A stretch of 64,000 nucleotides of DNA from Promethearchaeota archaeon (lineage in GTDB: Archaea > Asgardarchaeota > Lokiarchaeia > Sigyniarchaeales > SOKP01), in the NCBI GenBank assembly GCA_016839705.1, contig JAEOTR010000016.1, positions 64,001-128,000 of the forward strand, given 5' to 3'. The notes under the pieces are model-generated. The model searched no databases, was not told the DNA's origin, and saw only the letters and a list, made by a program, of their open reading frames with translations. This document shows positions 20,089-30,693 of this stretch, in pieces. The position numbers and the translations under genes were made by a program. The stretch's first letter is position 1. Each line of letters starts with the position of its first letter.

Positions 20089-22770
20089 TTGACAAAAAAG
20101 GCTTTTGGTTCTGGGTATTTTGGTGAATGGATTGAAGATGAGTTTGGTTTGCCTGCCTATCGTTATAATTGTGATCAGCTAAAGGATCCCAAAGCAATAA
20201 CACCGATGAATGAAGCTTGGCGTTCAAAAACAGACCATATTCACCTAGTTGGAAATGACCGTTTAGCTGGAATTGCCTCTAATTATGGATATATACAAGT
20301 TCGTCAGGATGAAGGAAGTCCTAAATATCTTAATGAATATAATCCTGATCAAGGCCACTATGCTGGCGGGTTTGGTTACCTAACTGATGGTAAGGATTAT
20401 CTGAGCACATTCTATCCAGGAACTGGTGAGAATTTCGATAGAATTTTCGGGGTCGGTTACTACCAAAAAATTGTGACTGGATTCGACCTGTGTGCCGATC
20501 AAGTTATTTTTGCTCCATATGGAGATGATCCCATCTTAATATCTCGGATAAAGTTAACAAATAATAGAGATATGTCTGTTGATCTTCGTTGGGTTGAATA
20601 TTGGGGTTGTCAAATGTACCAATTTTCTCCGGATGCATATCTTATTGCGATGCGAGACAAGAATGTATCTCTTGCAAGAGATTATAGGCACCAATTTTGC
20701 AATAAATTTAATCATGAGTTTGAAATAATAAATGATGGTTCAGGTATAATTGAGACAAAATATTTTGAAAATCAAAAAGACGGAAAAAAATCTGCAATAC
20801 CTAAAATAACTATGAAAGATATGAATCCTCCTCGAACATTTCTCGTTTCGTTGGATGCTAAAGCCGATGGGATAAGCATGAGTGAAACCGATTTTTTTGG
20901 GAAAGGTGGTGTGTTAGCTCCTGATGGGCTTAGAAATCCATTGAAGTCAACTAATGATGAAAATAACGAGGAAAAAGCAATGCTCTTGGAGCGTAAAATC
21001 CATTTAGAACCTGGTGAGAGTCAAACAATTCATTTTCTATATGGTTACCTCCCTGAAGGCTTCGCATTTGAGGTTTTAGTTAGTAAATATATGACTGATT
21101 TACCAAAACTATGGGAAGTTTCGAGTAATAAATGGAAGGAAAATCGAATTAGTTTATTGATTCCAGACGAACCTTGGGTAAATCGTGAACTATTATGGCA
21201 TAATTATTATTTACGTGGAAGTATGACATATGATAATTACTTTAAGGAACATATTCTTTCCCAAGGTCAAGTATATCAGTATATTATTGGATTTCAAGGA
21301 GCTTTACGCGATCCAATGCAACACGTTATGCCTTTCATTTATAGTGAGCCAAATATAGTGAAAGAAATTATCAGATACGTCTTAAAAACCACCAATCCAG
21401 AGGGGGATATACCTTATGGGATAACAGGTAATGGTATGATATTACCTGCGGGTTATAAACCATCAGATCAACAAATGTGGTTGTTGTGGCTAATTAGTGA
21501 ATATATTTTTACTACAAGAGATATTGATTTTCTTAATGAAGAGGTGCCGATTTATCCGGTATATGGAAAAAATTTAACTACCAAACAGATAAAAGAAATA
21601 TTGTTAACATGTTATGACTACTTTACCAACACTTTGGGGTCGGGACCACATGGTCTTCAACGTATATCTAATGCGGATTGGAATGATGGCGTAATTTTAG
21701 GAAATATTTCAAGAGAAAAACACGATGAGATTGTTAAAAAAGGAGAGAGTGTACTAAACGCAGCAATGGCATCTTATGTACTTATGGTTTATGGAGAAAT
21801 GTTAAATTACACTGGAGATAAAGAGAAGTCTAGGGAAGTATTGAAATATGCAATGGATCAAAAGAAAGCCGTCCATGCTCAATGGAACGGAAAATGGTTC
21901 AAAAGAGCTTGGTTAACAGATGAAATTGGATGGATAGGAGAGGATCAGTTATGGTTAGAACCTCAACCTTGGGCAATTATTGGAGGCGCCTCTGATTTAA
22001 AGCAGACTAAAATTTTAGTAAAATCAATAAATAAATATCTAAGAAAATCAACAAAAATAGGAGCTAAACTAATGAGTAAGGGAGTAGCAACAATGCAACG
22101 TGAGTTAGGAATGAGAGTAAACGGCGGGGTCTGGCCTTCTATTAACGGAACATTAATCTGGGCTTTTTCAATTATTAATGAGGATTTAGCCTGGGATGAA
22201 TGGAAGAAAAATACCCTCGCATATCATAGTGATAATTATCCTGAAGTTTGGTATGGTATATGGAGTGGTCCAGATGTATATAATTCAGACTTATCTGAAT
22301 ATCCGGGTCAAACTCATTTTACAGAGGAATTGGTGAGTTGGAAAAGAGAGAAAGAAGCAAAAATTCATGACAATACCTTTGCTGTGAACTGGACGGATTT
22401 TCCGGTAATGGATCTACATCCTCATGCTTGGCCCTTATTTAATACCATTCATCTTATTGGAGCACAATTTACATCTGAAGGTTTAGAGCTTGCACCTATA
22501 TTACCACAAGATGTATATAGGTTCTCATCTCCAATTTTAGGTCTTGAAAAATCGAGTAATAATTATTCAGGTTGGTACAAGCCTCTGGCTAAAGGTACAT
22601 GGGAAATAAGATTGAAATTAAAAGGTGAAGAAATAAATAATATTGTCTCTTTAGAAGTGAATGGTAAAGAAGAGAATTTCCTCATTGAAGATAATACAGT
22701 TAAATTTAGCGGAAGAAGTGAGATTCATAATGCTTTAATGTGGAAAATTACTCTATCACAAAACATTTAA
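20089..22770 (+). CDS. GH94-like glycoside phosphorylase/hydrolase
   Basis: (alpha/alpha)6-type catalytic motif ADWNDG, GESVLNA, NGGVW; next to GH1. Confidence 0.7.
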   Translation: MTKKAFGSGYFGEWIEDEFGLPAYRYNCDQLKDPKAITPMNEAWRSKTDHIHLVGNDRLAGIASNYGYIQVRQDEGSPKYLNEYNPDQGHYAGGFGYLTDGKDYLSTFYPGTGENFDRIFGVGYYQKIVTGFDLCADQVIFAPYGDDPILISRIKLTNNRDMSVDLRWVEYWGCQMYQFSPDAYLIAMRDKNVSLARDYRHQFCNKFNHEFEIINDGSGIIETKYFENQKDGKKSAIPKITMKDMNPPRTFLVSLDAKADGISMSETDFFGKGGVLAPDGLRNPLKSTNDENNEEKAMLLERKIHLEPGESQTIHFLYGYLPEGFAFEVLVSKYMTDLPKLWEVSSNKWKENRISLLIPDEPWVNRELLWHNYYLRGSMTYDNYFKEHILSQGQVYQYIIGFQGALRDPMQHVMPFIYSEPNIVKEIIRYVLKTTNPEGDIPYGITGNGMILPAGYKPSDQQMWLLWLISEYIFTTRDIDFLNEEVPIYPVYGKNLTTKQIKEILLTCYDYFTNTLGSGPHGLQRISNADWNDGVILGNISREKHDEIVKKGESVLNAAMASYVLMVYGEMLNYTGDKEKSREVLKYAMDQKKAVHAQWNGKWFKRAWLTDEIGWIGEDQLWLEPQPWAIIGGASDLKQTKILVKSINKYLRKSTKIGAKLMSKGVATMQRELGMRVNGGVWPSINGTLIWAFSIINEDLAWDEWKKNTLAYHSDNYPEVWYGIWSGPDVYNSDLSEYPGQTHFTEELVSWKREKEAKIHDNTFAVNWTDFPVMDLHPHAWPLFNTIHLIGAQFTSEGLELAPILPQDVYRFSSPILGLEKSSNNYSGWYKPLAKGTWEIRLKLKGEEINNIVSLEVNGKEENFLIEDNTVKFSGRSEIHNALMWKITLSQNI

Positions 22771-22788
22771 TTCGATGAGGAAATATTT

Positions 22789-24159
22789 ATGAAAAAAATA
22801 ACTTTCCCTATTGATTTTTTATGGGGTACTGCTACTGCTAGTTATCAGATAGAAGGAGCTTGGAATGAAGATTTGAAAGGTGAAAGTATTTGGGATATGG
22901 TTTCTCACACCCCGGGTAAAATAAGAAATGGAGACACTGGGGATATTACGTGTGATCATTATCATCGTTATAAAGAAGATATACAAATAATGAGACAACT
23001 TAATCTTAATGCTTATCGATTTTCAATATCCTGGCCTAGAATCTTTCCTTTGGGAAAAGGAAACATTAACAAAAAAGGTGTAGAATTTTATGATAATTTA
23101 ATTAACGAGTTAATATCTAACGATATTGAACCGGTCGTAACACTTTACCACTGGGACCTTCCTTTAGCACTTCAAGAGATTGGTAGTTGGGAAAATCGTG
23201 AGGTTGTTGACGCATATGTGGAATATGCAAAATTTATGTTTGACCATTATGGTGACCGTGTAAAAAAATGGATTACTTTCAATGAACCTGCTGTTTTTAC
23301 TGTGTCTTTTTATGGTGGTGGTGTGTTCACGGGTAATAGGGATCTTAGAGGAGGGTACATTGCTTCTACAAATGTTAATGTTGCTCATGCAAAGGCGGTG
23401 AAAGCTTATCGGAATTCTAAAAATCCAGATGGTGTTATTGGAATTACTCTAAACTTAACACATGTATATCCGAAAATTAAATCTTCCTTAAATTCAGAAG
23501 CTTCTTATTTTATAGATGGAATATCTAATAGATGGTACTTAGATCCCATTTTCAAAGGAGAATATCCTGAAGATATTCTAAATTTTCTAAAAACAAAGTT
23601 CAATTTTCCTGATATACCTCAAGGAGATTTAGAGTTATTGAAAGAAAATCCTATTGATTTTTTGGGTATAAATAATTATTCTTGCACATGGGTTGCGGCT
23701 GAAAAACCGGAGGACCTTACAAGAGTAAGCAAATTAATAAAAACTGAAAGGATTGAGGGACGGGAGTATTCAAAATATGGTTGGGAAGTATGTCCTGAAG
23801 GATTCTATGATCTCCTTGTGAGAATAGATAAAGATTACGATCATCCCGTAATTTATATTACAGAAAATGGATATGCCGATAAAGATGATAATATTGAAAA
23901 TGGGATTGTACAAGATGATGATCGTTTGAATTATCTTAGACGATATTTTAAGGCAGCCCATGATGGTATTAAGGAAGGTGTAAAGCTTAAGGGATATTTT
24001 ATTTGGTCATTACTAGATAATTTTGAATGGCTTCAAGGATATTCTATACGTTTTGGACTAATACGAGTAAATTTTGAAACACAAGAAAGAATATGGAAAA
24101 AAAGTGCCCAGTGGTATAGGGATTTGATTGCTCAAAATGGATTTGATCTAGATTTATAA
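22789..24159 (+). CDS. GH1 beta-glucosidase
   Basis: WGTATASYQIEG, YRFSISWPRI, TFNEP (acid/base), ITENG (nucleophile), DNFEW. Confidence 0.96.
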   Translation: MKKITFPIDFLWGTATASYQIEGAWNEDLKGESIWDMVSHTPGKIRNGDTGDITCDHYHRYKEDIQIMRQLNLNAYRFSISWPRIFPLGKGNINKKGVEFYDNLINELISNDIEPVVTLYHWDLPLALQEIGSWENREVVDAYVEYAKFMFDHYGDRVKKWITFNEPAVFTVSFYGGGVFTGNRDLRGGYIASTNVNVAHAKAVKAYRNSKNPDGVIGITLNLTHVYPKIKSSLNSEASYFIDGISNRWYLDPIFKGEYPEDILNFLKTKFNFPDIPQGDLELLKENPIDFLGINNYSCTWVAAEKPEDLTRVSKLIKTERIEGREYSKYGWEVCPEGFYDLLVRIDKDYDHPVIYITENGYADKDDNIENGIVQDDDRLNYLRRYFKAAHDGIKEGVKLKGYFIWSLLDNFEWLQGYSIRFGLIRVNFETQERIWKKSAQWYRDLIAQNGFDLDL

Positions 24160-24162
24160 CTA

Positions 24163-24906
24163 TTATTCTTCTTTCTTCTTAGGATAAGGAATTTTCGGTG
24201 GTAAACCTATATATTTTTCCATCAGATTTAGATAGTTTTTAACTTTATCCCATAATGTATTATCGGAAAAGATTGGGTCAGGCAATGAGAATGAACGACT
24301 TGCTATTATCCCCATTAGTGCATTTCCTATTTGATTTACATGTAATCCATCTAACATCAGATTTCTATAGGTATTTGGATCTTTTTCATAAAATGGAGAA
24401 AAATACTTATATTGATCTATTAGAGGAATTTCCATCTCTCTTGACAAATTTCTATTTACTTCAACAATCTCAGGAAACCGTTGGAAAATTCTATCCATTC
24501 TATTATAGAGAAGGCAATAATATGTCTGAAGAACAGGCAGTGCTTTTATTTCCTTAATTTTTTCAACTGCCTGAGTAAGATAATTCTGGTATTCTTGAAT
24601 TGTCAACCCTTTCCATGCGTCGTTGCCTCCTATTGTTATAATAACGAGATCTGGATTAAAAGAGAGCACATCTCTATCAATTCTCTTTAAAAGATCTTTT
24701 GAAGTTTCTCCACCAATACCGGAATTGATTGTTGTAATATGTCTTCCAATCCATTCTCTCATGGCACTTGATAACCACGAGAACCAGTTAAAATACCCTA
24801 ATGAATGCCAATGAAGTTCAGTATTACTTGAACCAAAAGCGACAACACGAATAGGTTTCTGAGGATTAAGTTTCCATTTATTCCCTATACTTTCTAAATT
24901 CTGCAT
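24163..24906 (-). CDS. SGNH/GDSL hydrolase
   Basis: FGSSNT, GIGG, GGND, DGLH. Confidence 0.88.
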   Translation of the reverse strand: MQNLESIGNKWKLNPQKPIRVVAFGSSNTELHWHSLGYFNWFSWLSSAMREWIGRHITTINSGIGGETSKDLLKRIDRDVLSFNPDLVIITIGGNDAWKGLTIQEYQNYLTQAVEKIKEIKALPVLQTYYCLLYNRMDRIFQRFPEIVEVNRNLSREMEIPLIDQYKYFSPFYEKDPNTYRNLMLDGLHVNQIGNALMGIIASRSFSLPDPIFSDNTLWDKVKNYLNLMEKYIGLPPKIPYPKKKEE

Positions 24907-25040
24907 AAAAATCTCAAGTATTTAAAATTTCCAAATCATAAAAGATTTTCTAAAGAACTTCCTTAACTTTAGGTTAATTAAAAATAGAACAAATTAAAAA
25001 AAAAGTAAATTATGGTATTTTTTTCGGTCGAGAAAATCAC

Positions 25041-25478
25041 TTATTCAAGAAGGTCTGCACCGAGTTCCATAGCGAGAGCAAGAATCTCTCCATATGCAAT
25101 AGCATCCTGCAAATTCCCTTCAATAACAAGATCCCCAGACATATATGCACTTGTAGAATCAATTTCGCCTGAACTCATTCCTGTCCAAGTAGTTTGTGAT
25201 GCTTTCATAGTAACACTTGCTTCATCACTTGCTCCTTCAGCATAATCAACAGATCCTTCTCCAAATTTTATCCAATATTTAAAGTCTTTATCAGTTACTT
25301 CTTGTTGGACAATTATTGTGTCAATATCCTCAAGTTCTTCTTTAAGTTCTTCATTTTCCTCTGCTAGCTGCTTAATGAATTCATACATTTTAAGAGCACC
25401 AGAAGGTTCGCCTGGACCCTTCTCTCTCATTTCTTTTAATTCTTTTATTAAGTTTGCGTCAACCATTTTGATTATCAA
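25041..25478 (-). CDS. SCP2 sterol/lipid-binding domain protein
   Basis: SAYMSGDLVIEGNLQDA motif. Confidence 0.85.
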   Translation of the reverse strand: MIIKMVDANLIKELKEMREKGPGEPSGALKMYEFIKQLAEENEELKEELEDIDTIIVQQEVTDKDFKYWIKFGEGSVDYAEGASDEASVTMKASQTTWTGMSSGEIDSTSAYMSGDLVIEGNLQDAIAYGEILALAMELGADLLE

Positions 25479-25609
25479 CCTTTTTTTTTAAAAACTAAAA
25501 AAAAACTTAGTTATAAAATGCAATGTCATTTACTTTTAAAGTTTTATTTTAAAACTGGCTTCTAGGTATAATAATCAATATTGATATTTGAGCAAATCTA
25601 TAGATTTCC

Positions 25610-26818
25610 TCATCTTAAACAACAATCTTTGTACTTGCTTCCGCTTCCACATGGGCAGAGTGCATTACGACTAATTTTTTTTACTTTAATTTGAAATGAT
25701 GAATTCAAATCGTTATTCTTTTTAATTTGATCTGCTAATATTTTAAATCGAGGTAGAGTATTAACATAAAATTTCTTCCATCCTTTACATAATGTACTTA
25801 AGGTTCTTGAAGAGTTTAAAATATTATATCGATGCTTTTGGCAGTCTCCATGACAAAAAGAAATAAATGGACAATTGTTACACCTACTATTGAATTCTGC
25901 TTTTTGATTACCAAAAGTGTGATAAGTTGCCGAATCTAAGAAATCATTCCAAGTATGTGTTTTTACATTACCTAACAAAAGGTCTTTACGAACAAAAAAA
26001 TCACATGGATAAACACCGCCATCATATTCTACCACGAAATATTGACAGCAATTATTACTCATATAGCAAACGCTATACGTTCCTGATACTAAGTAATTTA
26101 AAATCGAGTCAAATAGTCGAATAGAGACCTTATTGATATCTTCTTTTATCCATTGCTCAAATAAATCGCATAGAAAATCCCCCCAATCTTCTCCCGTTAT
26201 TGAAAATGGTTTGAGTTTACCTCGATCATCATATTCAACACAGGGGATATATTGGTGATAGAAAAAACCCTGATCTTTTAAATAGTGGTAAATCTCACTA
26301 GCTCTCCTTACCGTTTTATCATTAACTAAACTAAGGATATTAAATTCAACATTATGTTTTCTTAAGTGATTTATTCCGCGTAATACTTGGGAATGAGTTG
26401 GTTTAAGACTGATTGTTTTTCTATAAAAGTCGTGGAGATATTCCGGTCCATCAAGGCTTACACCAAGAAGAAACTTGTATTCTGCAAAAAATTTTGCTAT
26501 GTCATTGGTGATAAGAGTTCCATTTGTTTGCAATCCATTACTTATAACTGCATTAGGAGGTGCATATCTTGCCTGTAGTTCTACAACTTTTTTAAAGAAC
26601 TTCAGTCCCATCATGGTTGGTTCGCCACCCTGCCACCCAAAAGCATAGTTATTGTTTTGATCAGTCTGCATATAACCAGCTATCATACTTTCTAATATAT
26701 CTTCTGACATTCTTGGGTGATCTTTCCCAATTTCAAGGTGATCAATATAGAAACAATAATGACATCTAAGATTACAATCAGCAGAAGCAGGTTTGATCAG
26801 TAATGAGAATGGTTTCAT
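25610..26818 (-). CDS. Anaerobic sulfatase-maturating radical SAM/SPASM enzyme with C-terminal SEC-C motif
   Basis: KPASADCNLRCHYCFY, WQGGEP, YPCDF, CNNC...CHGDC, CPCGSGSKYKDCC. Confidence 0.93.
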   Translation of the reverse strand: MKPFSLLIKPASADCNLRCHYCFYIDHLEIGKDHPRMSEDILESMIAGYMQTDQNNNYAFGWQGGEPTMMGLKFFKKVVELQARYAPPNAVISNGLQTNGTLITNDIAKFFAEYKFLLGVSLDGPEYLHDFYRKTISLKPTHSQVLRGINHLRKHNVEFNILSLVNDKTVRRASEIYHYLKDQGFFYHQYIPCVEYDDRGKLKPFSITGEDWGDFLCDLFEQWIKEDINKVSIRLFDSILNYLVSGTYSVCYMSNNCCQYFVVEYDGGVYPCDFFVRKDLLLGNVKTHTWNDFLDSATYHTFGNQKAEFNSRCNNCPFISFCHGDCQKHRYNILNSSRTLSTLCKGWKKFYVNTLPRFKILADQIKKNNDLNSSFQIKVKKISRNALCPCGSGSKYKDCCLR

Positions 26819-26849
26819 ATTTTTTATTTTATACGACTTCAGTTTTGAT

Positions 26850-28625
26850 TTATTTTCCCTTAGTTTTAACCAATTTAGTCATGTTTCTAATTAGTGGGAT
26901 ATAGTTTTTAGGAAGAATTTTTTCAAACATTTGTACTAGTAAATCTTCGTCGATTTCAAGGGTACCATTCTTTTTAATCTCTTGTTCTATTTGTAAACTA
27001 GTTTTTTTTTGGAACTGAGAGGGAACATATCCCACAATAAGAGAATACATGCTCTTTCCTTTTTTATTCCATACTATTTCAGTATCCCCAATCTTATCCT
27101 TCATTCCTGAGCGATTTTCAATTAAATCTAAATGATCTTTTGTAATTTCACCATCATAAGGAATTCCAAGGCGCTCGAATTGCTCAACTGGAGAATCATT
27201 TTCCTTCATTTCTTGGGCCAATGCCTTGATCATCCTTTTCTCGATTTCAACATTAATTAGTGGATTTTCTTGGTGTGGATCATCTTGAAGATCAAAAAGT
27301 AAACTGCCAAAAATGTAAGGATTTAGATATCTAAGTCTTGTTTCCGTTCTCATGGGTTTAATTCCCTTCGTAAAACTAAAGGGATCTGCTAATTCGATTG
27401 TTTTCAACTCATTTATTGAAAAAAATCCACGCATATGGGTGGGTAAAAGCGTATAATCATAAAGTGGTTTATTTAAAAGATTTGTAGGCCCTCTCATGTA
27501 AACGTATCGTCCATCTGTAATGTTTACATGAGCTCCATGGGTCCCAAATAATGCAAATTCCCGTATTTTTGCATCTGAAGCAATAGTTTCTTTTAAAACT
27601 TTACCCTGCATACTTTTTGTGCGTTTTATCTCAAAAAACTCAAGAATTGTAGGTACAATATCCGTAGTTTGTACAAGAGCTTCTCTTCTTTCATTTTTCT
27701 TACCTGATCTTGGATCCCATATAAATAAAGGTATTTGAGCGATTTCATTATATATAGGTTGCACTCCTTTCGCCCACCAATCTTTTTCCCCCAAGAGAAA
27801 ACCGTGATCCGTAGTAACAATTAGCATTGTATCTTTCCACATATCTCTTTCATCCATAAGGTCAAGAATCTTGCCAAGATAAGTATCACACATACTGATA
27901 GAAGCAGCATATTCTTTTCTAACATGTTGTACTTGCTCTTCAGTTTCAGTTACTATCCCATAATTTGGCCAATCGAAATGTGGACCGTTATATTCATGTT
28001 TATAGATATTTTTATATTTCTGTTGTGTAAAGAAAGGTTCATGGGGATCGAATGTTTCGATATGTAGAAACCAATTATTCTCCAGATAGTTTTTTTCAAT
28101 GAACTCCATGGCAAGTTTAAAAGTTACTGCCTGAGGCTGATCTTCCTCTCTTTGCATATATTTTCGATTTACCCAATCTTGACGCCAATGAGGCCAATTC
28201 TCTCGCATATTAGGGACGGTTTCAGGGATGTCAGGGTCTTTTACTTCTCCTTTCCAAGGATCACCTTCATGTCCTCGAATAATTTCCCATGAATTGTATC
28301 TATTATGGTACGTAGCACCTCCATCTTCCCAATAATGATAATGATCGCTTACAAGATGGGAGTATACATTATTTTTCTTTAATATTTCTGGCATTGAATC
28401 ATCAAACGGTTCTAATGGTCCCCAACTTCTATGTAAAAAGTTATGTCTTCCTGTATGAAGTTCTCTTCTAGCAGGGATACACATTAAACTCCCAGAATAA
28501 CAATTGTCAAAAATTACCGTTTTTTCTGCTAGTCTTTTAAAATTTGGTGTATGTACCCAATTATTCCCATAGGGAAGTAAAAAATGTTTATTTAGAGTAT
28601 CAAAAAGAATAAAGATTATTTTCAT
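26850..28625 (-). CDS. Cys-type sulfatase
   Basis: CIPARRELHTG (CxPxR), DPHEP, TTDHG. Confidence 0.92.
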   Translation of the reverse strand: MKIIFILFDTLNKHFLLPYGNNWVHTPNFKRLAEKTVIFDNCYSGSLMCIPARRELHTGRHNFLHRSWGPLEPFDDSMPEILKKNNVYSHLVSDHYHYWEDGGATYHNRYNSWEIIRGHEGDPWKGEVKDPDIPETVPNMRENWPHWRQDWVNRKYMQREEDQPQAVTFKLAMEFIEKNYLENNWFLHIETFDPHEPFFTQQKYKNIYKHEYNGPHFDWPNYGIVTETEEQVQHVRKEYAASISMCDTYLGKILDLMDERDMWKDTMLIVTTDHGFLLGEKDWWAKGVQPIYNEIAQIPLFIWDPRSGKKNERREALVQTTDIVPTILEFFEIKRTKSMQGKVLKETIASDAKIREFALFGTHGAHVNITDGRYVYMRGPTNLLNKPLYDYTLLPTHMRGFFSINELKTIELADPFSFTKGIKPMRTETRLRYLNPYIFGSLLFDLQDDPHQENPLINVEIEKRMIKALAQEMKENDSPVEQFERLGIPYDGEITKDHLDLIENRSGMKDKIGDTEIVWNKKGKSMYSLIVGYVPSQFQKKTSLQIEQEIKKNGTLEIDEDLLVQMFEKILPKNYIPLIRNMTKLVKTKGK

Positions 28626-28877
28626 ATTATTCTCCTAATAAAATTTGTAATCTAAATTGTTTAATTTATTTTAGTCTAATTGTTTACCATATATATAATT
28701 TGAATTAATGAAAATTTTTTCAATTTCCCTTTTCATGGTATTTCATAAAAATTTGTAAAATATTATCAATTAAAGATTGAATATTTTTTGATTTTTGAAA
28801 ATTTAGAAGTTTGACTCAAATTTTACTAATTATGTAGGATGACAAATTTCATTAATTAAATTAATTTATAGTTCTCA

Positions 28878-30545
28878 ATGTCAGCAAACCAAGATGAATT
28901 TAATTCAAGAAAGATTTATGAAAGAGCCTTGTATTATGGATGTGGTTATTCTTCTGATGACCTAAAGAAGCCTAAAATCGCTATAGTTAATTCATGGAAC
29001 GAAATTAACCCCGGGCATATCCACTTACGGAAGTTAGCTGAATTTGTTAAGCAAGGTGTTAAAGAGGCCGGTGGTACGCCTATGGAATTTAATACAATTG
29101 CTTCTTGCGATGGGATTGCGAATTCTGGGGATAATTCAAGATATATTCTACCTACTCGTGAGATCATCGCTGCATCTGTTGAATGCACTATTAAAGCGTA
29201 TAATTTTGATGGGATGGTAATGATTTGTACCTGTGATAAAATTATTCCTGGAATGCTATTAGCAGCAGCTAGATGCGATATTCCAACAATTTTTTTAACT
29301 GGGGGAATAATGCTTCCTAAAACTTTTCAAGAGGGACGACTTAAAGGAAAAACTTTTGTAACTTCTGACGTTAAAGAAGCAATGGGACAATTCAATGCAG
29401 GACTATTATCAGAAGAAGAACTTCTACTGATAGAGTCAGAAACCTGTTGTTCCCCTGGAGCATGTAATATGATGGGCACTGCAAATACCATGGCTTGTAT
29501 TGTTGAAGCGATGGGTCTTTCTTTGCCTGATTGTGCAACCTTAAGTGCTGTGAGCAAAGAACGCGAGATATTATGCATGAATACTGGCAAGAGAATAATA
29601 AACCTAGTTAACCAATCAATTAGTGCTCTTGATTTAATCACTCATGATTCTATTGAAAATGGTATAAAGATGGCTTTATCATTTGGGGGTTCTACTAACA
29701 TGATACTCCATATGTGCGCGTTATCGCATGAAATAGGTGGGAAATTGACCCATTTTGATTTTGATCGAATGAGTAAATCAGTACCGCTATTAGTAAAACT
29801 CAAACCTTCTTCGGAATATAATCTTACGGATTTTCATGAGGCTGGAAGTGTAAAAGTATTGCTGAAAAAATTATCAAAAATATTGAATTTATCAACTAGA
29901 TCTATTATGGGAGTAAGTTTGAAAGAATATCTTGATAATATTGATTTTGAAGATTACCAAATTATACGAAACTTTGAAGATCCAATTACTAGGCAGGGAG
30001 CAATTGCTGTATTAAAAGGATCTTTAGCACCAGAGGGTGCTATTGTGAAACAAAGCGCAATTAATCCCGCAATGAGATATCATAAGGGAAAAGCTAAAGT
30101 CTTTGAATGTGAAGAAGATTTAAAAGAAGCGATATTGTCAAATACTATAGATGAGGGTAATGTATTAGTTGTTCGTTATGAAGGTCCAAAAGGGTCTCCT
30201 GGAATGAGAGAGATGTCGATACCTGCTGCTATTTTAATGGGTATGGGATTAGGGGACTCTGTTGCTATAATTACAGACGGTCGTTATTCTGGTGCTACAA
30301 GAGGCCCCTTTATAGGACATGTATGTCCTGAGGCAATAGAAGGGGGTCCAATAGCAATTGTTAATGATGGTGATGTTATAGAGATAGATATTGATAACCG
30401 ACAACTGAATTTGCTTATTCCTGAACAGGAAATAAATTTAAGATTAGAAAATTGGATAAAACCAGAACCTAAAATTACAACAGGTTATTTAAATATTTAT
30501 AGGAAGGTTGTTAGTTCTGCTAAACTAGGAGCAATAGTTAAATAA
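28878..30545 (+). CDS. ilvD: Dihydroxy-acid dehydratase (IlvD/Edd family)
   Basis: [56 protein letters not shown]. Confidence 0.88.
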   Translation: MSANQDEFNSRKIYERALYYGCGYSSDDLKKPKIAIVNSWNEINPGHIHLRKLAEFVKQGVKEAGGTPMEFNTIASCDGIANSGDNSRYILPTREIIAASVECTIKAYNFDGMVMICTCDKIIPGMLLAAARCDIPTIFLTGGIMLPKTFQEGRLKGKTFVTSDVKEAMGQFNAGLLSEEELLLIESETCCSPGACNMMGTANTMACIVEAMGLSLPDCATLSAVSKEREILCMNTGKRIINLVNQSISALDLITHDSIENGIKMALSFGGSTNMILHMCALSHEIGGKLTHFDFDRMSKSVPLLVKLKPSSEYNLTDFHEAGSVKVLLKKLSKILNLSTRSIMGVSLKEYLDNIDFEDYQIIRNFEDPITRQGAIAVLKGSLAPEGAIVKQSAINPAMRYHKGKAKVFECEEDLKEAILSNTIDEGNVLVVRYEGPKGSPGMREMSIPAAILMGMGLGDSVAIITDGRYSGATRGPFIGHVCPEAIEGGPIAIVNDGDVIEIDIDNRQLNLLIPEQEINLRLENWIKPEPKITTGYLNIYRKVVSSAKLGAIVK

Positions 30546-30693
30546 TTAGTATTATCCAGATTAAAATGATTAACGAAAAACACATTTATAAGAGCTTAAA
30601 AAAATTTTCTTTTCCTAGGCAATCAGGAATGGAATTTGAAAAAAAAGGTTGTAATTTAGATAACCAAAAAATACGTGTTGATTAAGAATAGAG

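Noticed and set aside
30638-30670. A8 run plus GGTTGT/ATAACC hairpin as a programmed frameshift into the MTase
   Set aside because: The MTase frame has stops at 30652, 30661 and 30679 downstream of the run.
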